64,000 nt of DNA from positions 96,001-160,000 of the forward strand of contig JBAXAI010000004.1 in assembly GCA_037142615.1 (NCBI GenBank), given 5' to 3'. Positions 36,123 to 46,691 of the stretch are shown piece after piece. Both the position numbers and the translations under genes were made by a program. The number at the start of each line of letters is the position of its first letter. The stretch's first letter is position 1. The notes below the pieces were generated by a model. It was not told where the DNA came from. It saw only the letters and a list, made by a program, of their open reading frames with translations, and made no database searches. The stretch is from Spirochaetales bacterium. GTDB lineage: Bacteria; Spirochaetota; Spirochaetia; JABEVK01.

Positions 36123-36430
36123 CAGTTCAATACCCCTTCGGGGCAAGTAATGCGGATTCGTCCGCGTTACCTCTGCCGGAAGGTAGCGTTCTTTTGGTAA
36201 GTTGCAGGAATCTTCGGGTTCCGTCGTCGCGGAAGCGGCGGTAGCAGTTCCAGTCAAACTACCAGGATCTCCTGGCAAGTGATGGTGTTGTGAACAACGG
36301 TTTTTTGACGGCCCGCCTGTCCGAAGCCACGCCTCTTGATGCTCTTTCCGGTGGAAAACTGCACTTCTGTACGAAGTGTTTCAAGTTGTAAACCATAAGG
36401 GTTACGTTGCTTATCCCCCGAGATAAGCCA
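36123..36430 (+). ncRNA. Putative structured leader/ncRNA upstream of tuf (unassigned family)
   Basis: About ten hairpins, three with UUCG loops and two with GGAA loops, many G-U pairs on the + strand. Confidence 0.6.
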
Positions 36431-36441
36431 AGGAGGAATTG

Positions 36442-37629
36442 ATGGCTAAGGAAAACTTCGTTCGATCGAAGCCCCACATCAATGTTGGAACCATCGGTCA
36501 CGTCGACCATGGCAAAACCACCCTGACCGCTGCTTTGACCATGTACGGTGCGAAGAAGCATGGCGGCAAGGTAATGAAGTATGAGGATATCGACAACGCT
36601 CCCGAAGAAAAAGAGCGCGGTATCACGATCAACACCCGGCACGTTGAGTACGAATCTTCGGCTCGGCACTATGCTCACGTTGACTGCCCCGGCCACGCCG
36701 ACTACGTCAAAAACATGATCACCGGCGCGGCTCAGATGGATGGTGCTATTCTGTTGGTGGCTGCTGACTCCGGACCTGAGCCCCAAACTCGCGAGCACAT
36801 CCTTCTGGCCAAGCAGGTCGGCGTCGCCAGCCTCGTGGTCTTCATGAACAAGATGGACTTGGCTGACCCGGAACTCGTTGAGCTCGTCGAAATGGAAGTC
36901 CGCGATCTGTTGAACCTTTATGGTTATGATGGAGAGAAGACTCCTTTTGTTAAGGGTTCGGCGTTCGCTGCCATGAGCAAGCCCGAAGATCCGGAGTCTG
37001 TGAAGTGCCTTGATGAACTTCTCGACACGATGGACAAGTACTTCCCGATTCCTGAGCGTGCTCTCGACAAGCCTTTCTTGATGCCCATTGAAGACGTGTT
37101 CTCGATCTCTGGTCGCGGTACCGTCGTGACCGGGGCCATTTCGCAGGGCAAGGTCAAGGTCGGCGACACGATTGAAATTGTTGGCCTGAAGCCCACGCAG
37201 ACCACGGTCTGTACTGGCGTCGAAATGTTCAATAAGAACTTGGACAATGGTCAGGCGGGCGACAACATTGGCGCACTGCTCCGAGGAATTGAAAAGAACC
37301 AGGTTGAACGTGGCCAGGTTCTCGCTGCTCCCAAGACCATTACTCCCCATACGAACTTCAAGGCGACGATCTACTGTCTGTCGAAAGAAGAAGGCGGACG
37401 TCACAATCCGTTCTTTACTGGCTATCGCCCTCAGTTCTACTTCCGGACGACGGACGTCACTGGCACTGTAACCCTGCCCGCCGGCAAGGAAATGGTCATG
37501 CCTGGCGACAACACCGAACTTTCGGTGGAACTGATTCACCCCATTGCCATGGACAAGGGCTTGCGCTTCGCTATCCGCGAAGGTGGCCGCACTGTCGCTT
37601 CTGGTCAGGTCATCGAAGTTATCAAGTAA
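36442..37629 (+). CDS. tuf: Elongation factor Tu
   Basis: [17 protein letters not shown]; AGGAGG SD. Confidence 0.99.
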   Translation: MAKENFVRSKPHINVGTIGHVDHGKTTLTAALTMYGAKKHGGKVMKYEDIDNAPEEKERGITINTRHVEYESSARHYAHVDCPGHADYVKNMITGAAQMDGAILLVAADSGPEPQTREHILLAKQVGVASLVVFMNKMDLADPELVELVEMEVRDLLNLYGYDGEKTPFVKGSAFAAMSKPEDPESVKCLDELLDTMDKYFPIPERALDKPFLMPIEDVFSISGRGTVVTGAISQGKVKVGDTIEIVGLKPTQTTVCTGVEMFNKNLDNGQAGDNIGALLRGIEKNQVERGQVLAAPKTITPHTNFKATIYCLSKEEGGRHNPFFTGYRPQFYFRTTDVTGTVTLPAGKEMVMPGDNTELSVELIHPIAMDKGLRFAIREGGRTVASGQVIEVIK

Positions 37630-37638
37630 GATTTTTAC

Positions 37639-37680
37639 GGCTTGGGGGCGTCTTTTCGGACGCCCTCTGTGCCCTTTTTG
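37639..37680 (+). terminator. Terminator/attenuator-like hairpin between tuf and rpsJ
   Basis: GGGGGCGTCT-TTTC-GGACGCCCTC stem with a T-run shortly after. Confidence 0.5.
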
Positions 37681-37689
37681 GAGTTAGGG

Positions 37690-37998
37690 ATGGCAAGTGA
37701 ACGAATTCGAGTGAGATTGCGGGGCTTTGATGTGGAACTGGTGGATCAGAGCGCCAAGGCGATTGTGCAGACCGTGCACAAGGTTGGCACTAAGGTGTCC
37801 GGCCCAATTCCCTTGCCCACCAAGATCAATAAATTTACCGTTTTGAGATCGCCTCACGTCAACAAAAAGTCTCGGGAACAGTTTGAAATGAGAACCCACA
37901 AGCGGTTGATTGACATTCTCGAGCCTACTCCCGCTGTCATGGATGCTCTGATGAAATTGGAGCTTCCTGCCGGTGTGGATGTCGATATCAAGCAGTAA
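37690..37998 (+). CDS. rpsJ: 30S ribosomal protein S10
   Basis: [21 protein letters not shown]. Confidence 0.99.
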   Translation: MASERIRVRLRGFDVELVDQSAKAIVQTVHKVGTKVSGPIPLPTKINKFTVLRSPHVNKKSREQFEMRTHKRLIDILEPTPAVMDALMKLELPAGVDVDIKQ

Positions 37999-38012
37999 TT
38001 CGAGGTTAGAAC

Positions 38013-38633
38013 ATGATCGGGCTTATCGGCAAAAAGGTGGGGATGACTCAGGTTTTCGACGAGACAGGAAAACTGACACCCGTTACCGTGATTAAAGTAG
38101 AACCCAACGTTGTCATTGCTGAGCGAAACGAAGACAAGAACGGCTATAAGGCCGTTGTAGTAGGGTCGATCGTCGGAAAAGAAAAGGTGTTCAGCAAACC
38201 TGTCCGTGGTCAATTCCCCGAAGGTGTGGCTCCGCAGCGTGTTGTTGTGGAGTTCCGGGATTTTGAAAAAGAATGTAAAGTTGGCGATACGTTGGGTCTG
38301 GAGCTTCTTCAAGAGGCCAAGTATCTCGACGTAAGCGGCACGTCGAAGGGCAAAGGGTTCCAGGGCGTCATCAAGCGTTGGCATTTTGCTGGTGGCGAGG
38401 AAACTCACGGTTCCAAGTTCCATCGCGAACCTGGTTCAACCGGACAGTCTACGACGCCTCGCAAGTCCTTTAAGGGAATCAAGATGCCAGGTCACATGGG
38501 TGCCGAGAAGGTGACCATCTTGAACCTGCGGATCGTCAAGGTTGACGCAGAGAATCAGGTCGTTCTGGTTCATGGCGCCGTCCCTGGAGCACGCAATGGT
38601 TACGTGATTGTGCGTAAAGCGGTTAAGAGGTAA
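38013..38633 (+). CDS. rplC: 50S ribosomal protein L3
   Basis: [17 protein letters not shown]. Confidence 0.99.
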   Translation: MIGLIGKKVGMTQVFDETGKLTPVTVIKVEPNVVIAERNEDKNGYKAVVVGSIVGKEKVFSKPVRGQFPEGVAPQRVVVEFRDFEKECKVGDTLGLELLQEAKYLDVSGTSKGKGFQGVIKRWHFAGGEETHGSKFHREPGSTGQSTTPRKSFKGIKMPGHMGAEKVTILNLRIVKVDAENQVVLVHGAVPGARNGYVIVRKAVKR

Positions 38634-39278
38634 ATGGATATGGACAAGAAGGTATATTCCGTTACCGGAAAAGAACTGCGGACCGTCAAACTGAACGATG
38701 AAGTCTTCGCGCACGAAATTAGCGAAGGTTCTATCTACAACGCGATTAAGAATGAGTTGGCCAACCTCCGAGTGGGAACGGCATCGACGAAAACTCGTTC
38801 CGAAGTCAACGGAGCCAAGACTAAACCTTGGGCACAGAAAGGGACCGGGCGTGCTCGATCCGGCCGTCGTCAGAGTCCTGTTTGGGTTGGCGGCGGTATA
38901 GCGTTTGGACCGAGACCGCGTGACTACAGCTACGTGTTGCCCCGCAAGGTGAAGCAGTTGGCTCTCAAGTCGATTCTGAGCCTTAAGGCCGCCACCGAGG
39001 GTTTCAAGGTCATCGAGAACTTCACCGTGGCCACAGGAAAGACGAAAGATCTGTTGAAGATCCTTGTTGCGGTCTCTGCCAAAGCCGAGAAGACTGTTCT
39101 CATCCTCAAAGATGACGATGCCGACCTCAAGCGTGCGGCACGCAATATTCCTTGGTTGAGCTTCCTGACTTACAACCGTCTTCGGGCCCATGATTTGTTC
39201 TACACGAAGAACCTGATCATCATGGAAGAAGCAGTCAAGAATCTTGGTGAGTTCTATACGGCAAAGGATGAGGCCTGA
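38634..39278 (+). CDS. rplD: 50S ribosomal protein L4
   Basis: KPWAQKGTGRAR, GGG..FGP. Confidence 0.98.
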   Translation: MDMDKKVYSVTGKELRTVKLNDEVFAHEISEGSIYNAIKNELANLRVGTASTKTRSEVNGAKTKPWAQKGTGRARSGRRQSPVWVGGGIAFGPRPRDYSYVLPRKVKQLALKSILSLKAATEGFKVIENFTVATGKTKDLLKILVAVSAKAEKTVLILKDDDADLKRAARNIPWLSFLTYNRLRAHDLFYTKNLIIMEEAVKNLGEFYTAKDEA

Positions 39279-39279
39279 G

Positions 39280-39585
39280 ATGGAAAACGAAGCGATTATC
39301 ATCAAGCCGTTGTTGACGGAAAAAGCCAACGCAATGCGTGACGGAAAGAAACACCGCTACGCTTTTCAGGTGGATCCGCGTGCAAACAAGCTGCAGATCC
39401 GGAACGCCGTCGAAAAGCTTTTCAAGGTTAAGACTACGGCCTGTTCCATTGTAAATGTTTCCGGCAAACAGAAGACCATGGGTCTTGCGGGCGGAAAGCG
39501 GGCCACCGGCTTTACTTCCAGTTGGAAGAAAGCTTATGTGACCCTGGTTGAAAACCAGAAGATTGATCAGTTCGAAGGCGTTTGA
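39280..39585 (+). CDS. rplW: 50S ribosomal protein L23
   Basis: [20 protein letters not shown]. Confidence 0.97.
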   Translation: MENEAIIIKPLLTEKANAMRDGKKHRYAFQVDPRANKLQIRNAVEKLFKVKTTACSIVNVSGKQKTMGLAGGKRATGFTSSWKKAYVTLVENQKIDQFEGV

Positions 39586-39599
39586 CAGGGAGTTCAGTC

Positions 39600-40421
39600 A
39601 TGGGTATTAAAACTTTCAAACCTGTAACAGAGACCCTCCGGGGAACCGCACTTCTCACTTACGACCACATCACGACGTCGACGCCGGAAAAGTCGCTGAC
39701 TACCGGTCGCACTAAGAATGCCGGTCGTTCACATGGCCGTATCAGCGTGCGTCGCATTGGTGGCGGTCACAAGCAGTTGCTGCGTCTTGTTGACTTCAAG
39801 CGGGCGAAGTACGGGGTGCCGGCTGTTGTCAAAGAGATTGAGTACGATCCGAACCGAAGTGCCAACCTGGCCCTGCTGTTCTACAAAGACGGAGCCAAGG
39901 CCTACATCATTGCCCCGAAGGGTGTCAAAGTGGGCGACGTCTTGATGAGCGGGCCCACGGCTCCCATCAAGGACGGCAACGCGCTCCCGTTGGAAAATAT
40001 TCCTGTTGGCCGCAGTGTTCATAACATTGAATTACAACTCGGTAAGGGCGCTCAGTTGGCCCGGTCGGCTGGAGTTTCTGCCCAGTTGGCTGGATTTGAC
40101 AAGGACTACGCGATTGTGCGACTGCCGTCCGGTGAGACCAGAATGGTGTTCAAGAAGTGCATCGCTACCCTCGGTGAAGTGGGCAATGAAGACAAAATGA
40201 ACGTAAAGCTTGGCAAGGCGGGACGTAACCGCTGGTTGGGCAAGCGTCCTTCGGTCCGCGGCGTAGCCATGAACCCTGTTGATCACCCCCTTGGTGGTGG
40301 TCAGGGCAAAACCTCCGGTGGTCGTCATCCAGTGACGCCTTGGGGACAGCCGACCAAGGGTTACAAAACTCGCAAGAAGAATAAATTGTCGGACCGCTTT
40401 ATCATCAAGCGGCGGAAGTAG
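39600..40421 (+). CDS. rplB: 50S ribosomal protein L2
   Basis: [20 protein letters not shown]. Confidence 0.99.
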   Translation: MGIKTFKPVTETLRGTALLTYDHITTSTPEKSLTTGRTKNAGRSHGRISVRRIGGGHKQLLRLVDFKRAKYGVPAVVKEIEYDPNRSANLALLFYKDGAKAYIIAPKGVKVGDVLMSGPTAPIKDGNALPLENIPVGRSVHNIELQLGKGAQLARSAGVSAQLAGFDKDYAIVRLPSGETRMVFKKCIATLGEVGNEDKMNVKLGKAGRNRWLGKRPSVRGVAMNPVDHPLGGGQGKTSGGRHPVTPWGQPTKGYKTRKKNKLSDRFIIKRRK

Positions 40422-40430
40422 GAGTACATC

Positions 40431-40712
40431 GTGTCCCGATCTGTTAAGAAAGGCCCTTTTATTGCCAAGCATCTCTACAAGAAAGTCGTGGATATGGTAA
40501 AGGCCAATGATCGCAAGATGATCAAGACCTACTCCCGCACTTCGACTATTATTCCGGAAATGGTAGGCATCACGGTTTCTGTCTATAACGGCAAGACCTG
40601 GATTCCCGTTTACATTTCGGAAGACTTGGTTGGTCACAAACTTGGTGAATTTTCGCCGACCCGTACGTTCCGCGGTCACGCGGGTTCCGACAAGAAGGCA
40701 GGGAAGAAATAA
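40431..40712 (+). CDS. rpsS: 30S ribosomal protein S19
   Basis: [15 protein letters not shown]; GTG start. Confidence 0.99.
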   Translation: MSRSVKKGPFIAKHLYKKVVDMVKANDRKMIKTYSRTSTIIPEMVGITVSVYNGKTWIPVYISEDLVGHKLGEFSPTRTFRGHAGSDKKAGKK

Positions 40713-41069
40713 ATGGAAGCCAAGAAAGGTTTTACAGCTTTCGCCCGGGGTCTACCCATGTCGGCGAAGAAGGTTCGGCCTATCGCCGATCACCTTCGTC
40801 GCAAGAAGGTTTCTGACGTGGTCGCTCTGCTTGAGGCGCTCCCCAATAAAGGCGCGTACTTTCTGAAGAAAGTGATTCAGTCTGCGGCGGCAAATGCCCA
40901 GTTCCAGAACAATCAGCTGGATCAGGACAACCTTATCGTGAGCAAACTGATGATTGACGAAGGAATTAGCCGAACGACTGTTTGGGCCCGTGCTCGCGGT
41001 CGTGCTGACCGTCTGAAGAAGCGGAGTTGCCATATTACCGTTGAACTCGAAGAAAAGGGAGCGAAGTAA
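40713..41069 (+). CDS. rplV: 50S ribosomal protein L22
   Basis: SAAANA, RARGRA, CHITV. Confidence 0.98.
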   Translation: MEAKKGFTAFARGLPMSAKKVRPIADHLRRKKVSDVVALLEALPNKGAYFLKKVIQSAAANAQFQNNQLDQDNLIVSKLMIDEGISRTTVWARARGRADRLKKRSCHITVELEEKGAK

Positions 41070-41072
41070 GCC

Positions 41073-41771
41073 ATGGGTCAGAAAGTACACCCCTACGGGT
41101 TGCGGTTGGGAATCAACAAGACCTGGAAATCCCGCTGGTACGTGGATCCTCGTGACTACGCCAAGACTCTTCACGAGGATTTGAAGCTCCGTAAGGCGCT
41201 GTTTGATCTTCCGGAGACAAAAGGTGCGGACATTGCTGACCTGGAAATCATTCGCCAGCCCCAACGCGTGACGGTGATCATCAATACGGCGCGTCCCGGC
41301 GTCATTATTGGCGCCAAGGGTGCCACGATTGAAAAGATTGGCGAGCAGTTGCAGAAGCTGATCGACAAGAAAGTCGCGATCAAGATCAAGGAAATCAAGA
41401 AACCTGATACCGATGCTCAAATTGTCGCCCTGAATGTGGCTCGTCAGCTGAAGAACCGAGGTTCGTTCCGCAAGGCTCTCAAGCAGTCGATCACCAACGC
41501 GATGAAGAACGGTGCCCAGGGCATCAAGATCAAGATTTCCGGCCGCCTTGGCGGCGCGGAGATGGCCCGTACAATGGAGATGAAGGAAGGTCGCGTGCCA
41601 CTTCAGACCTTGCGGGCCGATCTTGACTACGGATTTGCCGAAGCTTTTACCACCTATGGCGCTATTGGTGTCAAGGTTTGGGTGTTCAATGGTGAGAAGT
41701 TCGAACGGAACACCAAGGAAGACGCCGGCGTCCTTGTCAAGAAGAGCATGGAAAAGAAGGAAGGGAACTAG
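41073..41771 (+). CDS. rpsC: 30S ribosomal protein S3
   Basis: [17 protein letters not shown]. Confidence 0.99.
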   Translation: MGQKVHPYGLRLGINKTWKSRWYVDPRDYAKTLHEDLKLRKALFDLPETKGADIADLEIIRQPQRVTVIINTARPGVIIGAKGATIEKIGEQLQKLIDKKVAIKIKEIKKPDTDAQIVALNVARQLKNRGSFRKALKQSITNAMKNGAQGIKIKISGRLGGAEMARTMEMKEGRVPLQTLRADLDYGFAEAFTTYGAIGVKVWVFNGEKFERNTKEDAGVLVKKSMEKKEGN

Positions 41772-41773
41772 TC

Positions 41774-42196
41774 ATGCTGGCACCCAAACGTCTGAAGTTT
41801 AGAAAGAAGCAGCGCGGACACTTTCGCGGCGTTGCCACTACCTGCAACACGATTGCCTTCGGCGAGTTCGGCCTCGCGTCGTCCGATACACTATGGATTA
41901 CCAACCGGCAGATTGAAGCCGCCCGTATCGCGATGACTCGCCACATCAAGCGCGGCGGCAAGGTCTGGATCCGGATCTTCCCCGACATGCCATATACGAA
42001 GAAGCCCGCTGAAGTGCGCATGGGTAAGGGTAAGGGCAACGTGGAAGGTTGGGTCGCTTTGGTTAAGCCAGGCACCATCATGTTCGAAATGGCGGGTGTG
42101 ACTCCCGAGTTGGCCTCTGAGGCCATGGCCTTGGCCGCTGCCAAGTTGCCGATTCATACGAAGTTCGTTGCTCGCCGCGAGTTGGGGGGATCATGA
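41774..42196 (+). CDS. rplP: 50S ribosomal protein L16
   Basis: [15 protein letters not shown]. Confidence 0.99.
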   Translation: MLAPKRLKFRKKQRGHFRGVATTCNTIAFGEFGLASSDTLWITNRQIEAARIAMTRHIKRGGKVWIRIFPDMPYTKKPAEVRMGKGKGNVEGWVALVKPGTIMFEMAGVTPELASEAMALAAAKLPIHTKFVARRELGGS

Positions 42197-42393
42197 AGAA
42201 CCGTTTCAAAGAGATTTCCCGTGGGGAAGCCGTCGCAAAGGTGACTGAACTCAAGAAGTCATTCATGGAACTTCGCTTCAAGCTTGTCTTGGGGCATGTG
42301 GAAAACCCTCTCGAAAAGCGAAACATCCGGCGCCAGATTGCCCGGTTGAATACGATCATTGCGGAATATGATCAGGGAATCAGGAAGGCTTGA
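42193..42393 (+). CDS. rpmC: 50S ribosomal protein L29
   Basis: [16 protein letters not shown]. Confidence 0.96.
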   Translation: MKNRFKEISRGEAVAKVTELKKSFMELRFKLVLGHVENPLEKRNIRRQIARLNTIIAEYDQGIRKA

Positions 42394-42395
42394 TT

Positions 42396-42662
42396 ATGGC
42401 GGAAGATACAAACAAGAGTGGAAAGAAAGTTTTTCAGGGACGGGTAGTCAGCGATAAGATGGAAAAAACCATCACTGTCCTGATCGAGCGTCGTCAATTG
42501 CATCCGATCTATCAGAAGTATGTGACTTTGAGCAAGAAGTTTAAGGCACATGACGAGAAGAACGAGGCCAAGACCGGCGACATGGTGAAGATCATTGAGT
42601 GCCGCCCTGTGAGCAAAGACAAAACCTGGAACCTGCTCGAAATCGTCGAGCGGGCCAAGTAA
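42396..42662 (+). CDS. rpsQ: 30S ribosomal protein S17
   Basis: [22 protein letters not shown]. Confidence 0.98.
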   Translation: MAEDTNKSGKKVFQGRVVSDKMEKTITVLIERRQLHPIYQKYVTLSKKFKAHDEKNEAKTGDMVKIIECRPVSKDKTWNLLEIVERAK

Positions 42663-42673
42663 GGCGGAACGAA

Positions 42674-43042
42674 ATGGTACAGCAAGAATCGTTTTTGAAC
42701 GTCGCCGACAATACCGGGGCAAAACTGGTGCAGTGCATTCGCGTCTTGGGCGGGACAAGTCGGAAGTACGCTTCTGTCGGTGACCTGATTATTGTCGCCG
42801 TCAAGGAGTCCATTCCGACCGCCATTGTCAAGAAGGGTGAAGTTCAGACTGCCGTCGTGGTACGAGTTCACAAAGAATACCGCCGACCCGACGGAACCTA
42901 TATTCGGTTTGACGACAATGCCTGCGTGATTATCGATGAGACCCATAACCCCAAGGGGAAGCGTATTTTCGGTCCTGTTGCTCGCGAACTTCGCGACAAG
43001 GACTTTATGAAGATCATTTCCTTGGCTCCGGAAGTGGTGTAA
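42674..43042 (+). CDS. rplN: 50S ribosomal protein L14
   Basis: [23 protein letters not shown]. Confidence 0.99.
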   Translation: MVQQESFLNVADNTGAKLVQCIRVLGGTSRKYASVGDLIIVAVKESIPTAIVKKGEVQTAVVVRVHKEYRRPDGTYIRFDDNACVIIDETHNPKGKRIFGPVARELRDKDFMKIISLAPEVV

Positions 43043-43051
43043 GAGGCAACT

Positions 43052-43360
43052 ATGAACACGAAACTGAAAAAGAATGATCTGGTGAAGATCCTCACCGGTA
43101 AGGATAAAGACAAGACGGGCCGTATTCTGGAACTTGACACTGTGAAGGGTCGGGTCCTGGTGGAAGGCTGCAACATGAAAAAGAAGACTGTGCGCCCCCG
43201 GAACCAACAAGAGAAGGGTGGCATCATCGAAGTTGAGGGTTTCCTTGCGATTTCGAACGTCATGGTCGTCGGCAAGAACGGCGAGGGTACTCGGCTTGGC
43301 TACAAGCTAGAGGGTGGCAAGAAAGTCCGGATTGCCAAATCGAACGGAGAGGCAATCTGA
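43052..43360 (+). CDS. rplX: 50S ribosomal protein L24
   Basis: GKDK.KTG, ISNVM. Confidence 0.97.
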   Translation: MNTKLKKNDLVKILTGKDKDKTGRILELDTVKGRVLVEGCNMKKKTVRPRNQQEKGGIIEVEGFLAISNVMVVGKNGEGTRLGYKLEGGKKVRIAKSNGEAI

Positions 43361-43944
43361 TGGCCAAAGAAGCTGTGAAGAAGGAAGAAGCGGGTGAAAA
43401 GTACGTTCCCCGATTGAAGAAGTTGTTCAACGAGAAGATCTCCAAGGAACTCATGGTCGAGTTCGGCTATAGCTCGGTGATGCAGATTCCACGTGTCGAC
43501 AAAGTCGTTGTCTCAATGGGCATGGGCGAAGCCTTGGTGAACAAGAAGCTTCTCGACGCGGCCATCAAGGAACTTGGTCAGATTACCGGTCAAAAAACGG
43601 TGAAGACCAAGGCCCGGCTTTCCGTGGCCAACTTCAAGGTTCGCGAAGGCCAGGAGATCGGTGCCAAGGTCACGTTGCGCGGTGTTCGGATGTATGAGTT
43701 TCTCGATAGATTGATGAACATCGCGCTTCCCCGTGTTAAGGACTTCCGTGGCGTGAACCCAAATGCCTTTGACGGTCATGGAAACTATTCGCTTGGTATC
43801 ACCGAGCAGATCATTTTCCCCGAGATCGACTACGACAAAATCGAAAAGATCAGCGGGATGAACGTGGCCATCGTGACGACGGCTCCCAACGACCAGGAAG
43901 CACGCAGTCTGCTCAAGCGGATTGGTATGCCCTTCAAGAGGTAA
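43360..43944 (+). CDS. rplE: 50S ribosomal protein L5
   Basis: [22 protein letters not shown]. Confidence 0.99.
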   Translation: MAKEAVKKEEAGEKYVPRLKKLFNEKISKELMVEFGYSSVMQIPRVDKVVVSMGMGEALVNKKLLDAAIKELGQITGQKTVKTKARLSVANFKVREGQEIGAKVTLRGVRMYEFLDRLMNIALPRVKDFRGVNPNAFDGHGNYSLGITEQIIFPEIDYDKIEKISGMNVAIVTTAPNDQEARSLLKRIGMPFKR

Positions 43945-43946
43945 TT

Positions 43947-44132
43947 ATGGCAAAGAAATCTTTGATCATTAAGGCGAACAAGACCCCGAAGTTCTCGAGC
44001 AGAGGCTATAACCGCTGCAAGGTCTGCGGCCGCCCGCGCGGGTATATTCGTAAGTTTCAATTGTGCCGTCTCTGTTTCCGGAAATATGCCTCCGAAGGGC
44101 TCATTCCCGGTGTAACGAAGTCGAGCTGGTAG
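43947..44132 (+). CDS. rpsN: 30S ribosomal protein S14 (Zn-binding type Z)
   Basis: [17 protein letters not shown]. Confidence 0.98.
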   Translation: MAKKSLIIKANKTPKFSSRGYNRCKVCGRPRGYIRKFQLCRLCFRKYASEGLIPGVTKSSW

Positions 44133-44146
44133 CGGAGGGGTGTGAA

Positions 44147-44545
44147 GTGTCTGTTTCCGATCCTATTGCCGATATGCTGACGAAAATTCGAAACGCTAGC
44201 GAAGCGAAGTTCGAGAAGGTTGATATAACGACTTCCAAGCTCAAGCTGGAGATCGTGAAGATCCTTAAGAATGAGGGCTTCATCAAAAACTTCAAGAAGC
44301 TGAACCAGGAAGGGACCAATACCCTCCGGATCTTCCTGAAGTATGATGATAAGAATGACTCTGTGGTTCACGGCTTGAAGTCGCTTTCGACCCCTGGTCG
44401 CCGGGTCTATTCTGGCTACAAGGAAATGCCGCGTATTTTGAACGGTTATGGTACGCTGATCGTATCCACCTCGATGGGTGTGACGACAGGTAGAAAGGCT
44501 GCAGAGAAAAAGGTTGGCGGTGAGCTGATCTGTTCTGTGTGGTAA
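44147..44545 (+). CDS. rpsH: 30S ribosomal protein S8
   Basis: [23 protein letters not shown]; GTG start. Confidence 0.98.
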   Translation: MSVSDPIADMLTKIRNASEAKFEKVDITTSKLKLEIVKILKNEGFIKNFKKLNQEGTNTLRIFLKYDDKNDSVVHGLKSLSTPGRRVYSGYKEMPRILNGYGTLIVSTSMGVTTGRKAAEKKVGGELICSVW

Positions 44546-44559
44546 TTGAGGAGAATGGA

Positions 44560-45102
44560 ATGTCCCGCATCGGCAACAAGCCCATCGAAGTGCCAAAAGG
44601 CGTAAAGGTCAGTTTTGCGAACTCTCTCCTGACCGTGGAAGGTCCCAAGGGGAAACTGCTGCAATCCTACGATCCGAAGATCTCGTTTGAGTCCAAGGAC
44701 CAGTGGATAACCGTGAAACGCTCTGACGAAGAGAAGCCTACCAAGGCCAAGCACGGACTGTATCGCAACCTGCTGAACAACATGTGCATCGGAGTTCAGG
44801 ATGGCTTCAAGAAGACTCTGATCATCAACGGCGTCGGTTTTCGTGCTGAAGTGAAGGGGAATCTCTTGGTCCTCAATTTGGGCTACTCCAACCAAATTGA
44901 ATATGTGATTCCTAAGGAAGTGCAGATTTCGGTGGAAACCAATACCAAGGTGACTGTCGCCGGGATTAGCAAGGAGAAGGTTGGACTCGTCGCTAGTGAA
45001 ATCCGTAGCCTCCGGGGACCAGAGCCCTACAAGGGCAAGGGGATTCGGTATGACGACGAAGTCATCCGCAGAAAGGTCGGCAAGTCCGGCGTGAAGAAGT
45101 AG
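44560..45102 (+). CDS. rplF: 50S ribosomal protein L6
   Basis: MSRIG, PEPYKGKGIRY. Confidence 0.99.
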   Translation: MSRIGNKPIEVPKGVKVSFANSLLTVEGPKGKLLQSYDPKISFESKDQWITVKRSDEEKPTKAKHGLYRNLLNNMCIGVQDGFKKTLIINGVGFRAEVKGNLLVLNLGYSNQIEYVIPKEVQISVETNTKVTVAGISKEKVGLVASEIRSLRGPEPYKGKGIRYDDEVIRRKVGKSGVKK

Positions 45103-45115
45103 GCAGGAGTTTTCG

Positions 45116-45475
45116 ATGAAAAAATTGATTGAAAAAGCCCAGCGGAGGGCCAAGAGAAAACTTCGGATTCGCAGCGTCGTGTCGGGAAGTGCCATTCGTC
45201 CGCGTCTGAGCGTGTTCCGTTCTAACAAGCATTTTTACTGTCAGGCTATCGATGATCTGACGGGTAACACGCTCGCTTCGATTTCTGACATGGAGAAAGT
45301 GCTCGTAGGTACCAAGTTGACTGAAGAGGGCGTGAAGAAACTGGGCGCGGAGTTCGGCAAGCGTCTGAAAGCCAAGAACATCGCAACCGCTGTATTTGAC
45401 CGCAACGGTTTCCGCTACCATGGGGTCATCAAGAGTTTTGCCGACGCAATCCGCGAAGCGGGTATTCAGTTCTGA
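45116..45475 (+). CDS. rplR: 50S ribosomal protein L18
   Basis: RPRLSVFRSNKH, FDRNGFRYHG. Confidence 0.98.
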   Translation: MKKLIEKAQRRAKRKLRIRSVVSGSAIRPRLSVFRSNKHFYCQAIDDLTGNTLASISDMEKVLVGTKLTEEGVKKLGAEFGKRLKAKNIATAVFDRNGFRYHGVIKSFADAIREAGIQF

Positions 45476-45503
45476 ATACGGCATTCAGTTCTAAGGGGTA
45501 AGT

Positions 45504-46013
45504 ATGGACCAGGGTAGAGACAGAGATAACAAAGATAAAGACTACGTAGAGAAGCTGATCCGACTGAACCGTGTCGCCAAGGTTGTAAAAGGCGGCCGTC
45601 GGTTCTCCTTTTCGGCCATGGTCGTTATTGGCGACCGGAATGGAAAGGTTGGCTACGGTTTCGGCAAGGCAAACGACGTTTCGGAAGCGATTCGCAAGAG
45701 CGTCGACAAGGCCAAGCGAAACATGATTCAGGTTCCGATCAAGAACGGCACGCTTCCGCACGACATCAATACGACTTACAAGGCCTCCCGCGTGCTTCTG
45801 AAGCCCGCTGCACCCGGTACCGGTATTATCGCTGGTGGGCATGTGCGCGCGGTGATGGAAGCAGTTGGAATCCGTGACGTGCTGAGCAAGTCGCTGGGTT
45901 CGGGCAACTCGGTCAACGTCGTCAAGACGGTATTTCGCGGCCTCGTGGAAATGCTGGACGCCAAGAAGATGTCCGTGAACCGCGGCAAATCGTTGAAGGA
46001 TCTTTGGGGTTAA
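45504..46013 (+). CDS. rpsE: 30S ribosomal protein S5
   Basis: [20 protein letters not shown]. Confidence 0.99.
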   Translation: MDQGRDRDNKDKDYVEKLIRLNRVAKVVKGGRRFSFSAMVVIGDRNGKVGYGFGKANDVSEAIRKSVDKAKRNMIQVPIKNGTLPHDINTTYKASRVLLKPAAPGTGIIAGGHVRAVMEAVGIRDVLSKSLGSGNSVNVVKTVFRGLVEMLDAKKMSVNRGKSLKDLWG

Positions 46014-46015
46014 TC

Positions 46016-46213
46016 ATGGCCAAGACCAAAACCAAGAAAATTAGGATTACCCTCGTGCGAAGCACGATCGGTACCAAACCGAATCACCGTGCCACTGTGA
46101 AGGCTCTGGGTCTGGGGAAGATCAACTCTTCCGTCGAAACCGAAGTCAACGAAGCAATTCTTGGCATGGTGACGTCAGTGGCCCACCTCGTGATTTGGGA
46201 GGAAATCAAATAA
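46016..46213 (+). CDS. rpmD: 50S ribosomal protein L30
   Basis: [22 protein letters not shown]. Confidence 0.96.
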   Translation: MAKTKTKKIRITLVRSTIGTKPNHRATVKALGLGKINSSVETEVNEAILGMVTSVAHLVIWEEIK

Positions 46214-46677
46214 TGGAAAACCCGTATATCCTCCGCGCCCCTGTAGGGGCCAACAAGAAGAAGCACATCATTGGCCGGGGGCGCTCAACCGGAACCGGTG
46301 GGACCTCGACCCGAGGCAACAAAGGACAAAAGTCCCGGTCTGGTGGTGGCGTCCGTTTGGGTTTTGAAGGCGGTCAAACTCCTCTGTTCCGTCGTCTACC
46401 TGCCCGTGGGTTCAATAACGCCGTGTTCCGCGTGGAATATACCTGCGTGAACCTCCTGTTGCTCGAGAAGTATTTCGCGAGCGGCGAAACGGTCAGTTAC
46501 GAGACCTTGGTGGCAAAGGGCATAGTCAAGAACAAAGAGACGCTGGTGAAAATCCTCGGCAAGGGAACTCTGACTAAGAAATTGACCATCCAGGTGGACA
46601 AGATCTCGGCTGGAGCTAAAGCTGCCGTGGAAAAAGCCGGTGGAACGGTGGCGGTTGCTGCCGCTGAAAACACCTGA
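46213..46677 (+). CDS. rplO: 50S ribosomal protein L15
   Basis: [16 protein letters not shown]. Confidence 0.98.
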   Translation: MENPYILRAPVGANKKKHIIGRGRSTGTGGTSTRGNKGQKSRSGGGVRLGFEGGQTPLFRRLPARGFNNAVFRVEYTCVNLLLLEKYFASGETVSYETLVAKGIVKNKETLVKILGKGTLTKKLTIQVDKISAGAKAAVEKAGGTVAVAAAENT

Positions 46678-46691
46678 CGGGAATGTGAACG

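Noticed and set aside
36200-36315. Resemblance of the tuf leader to SRP RNA helix 8 (CAGG...GGAA...AGCAG) and to the fluoride riboswitch (GAUGGUGUU)
   Set aside because: Spacing is far too long for SRP helix 8 and the fluoride P1/pseudoknot partners are missing; RNase P, tmRNA and 6S signatures are also absent
36057-36441. Absence of fusA between rpsG and tuf (and of adk, map, infA and rpsD in the alpha region) as a novel gene loss
   Set aside because: Separation of these genes from the cluster is the known spirochaete arrangement; they are presumably elsewhere in the genome
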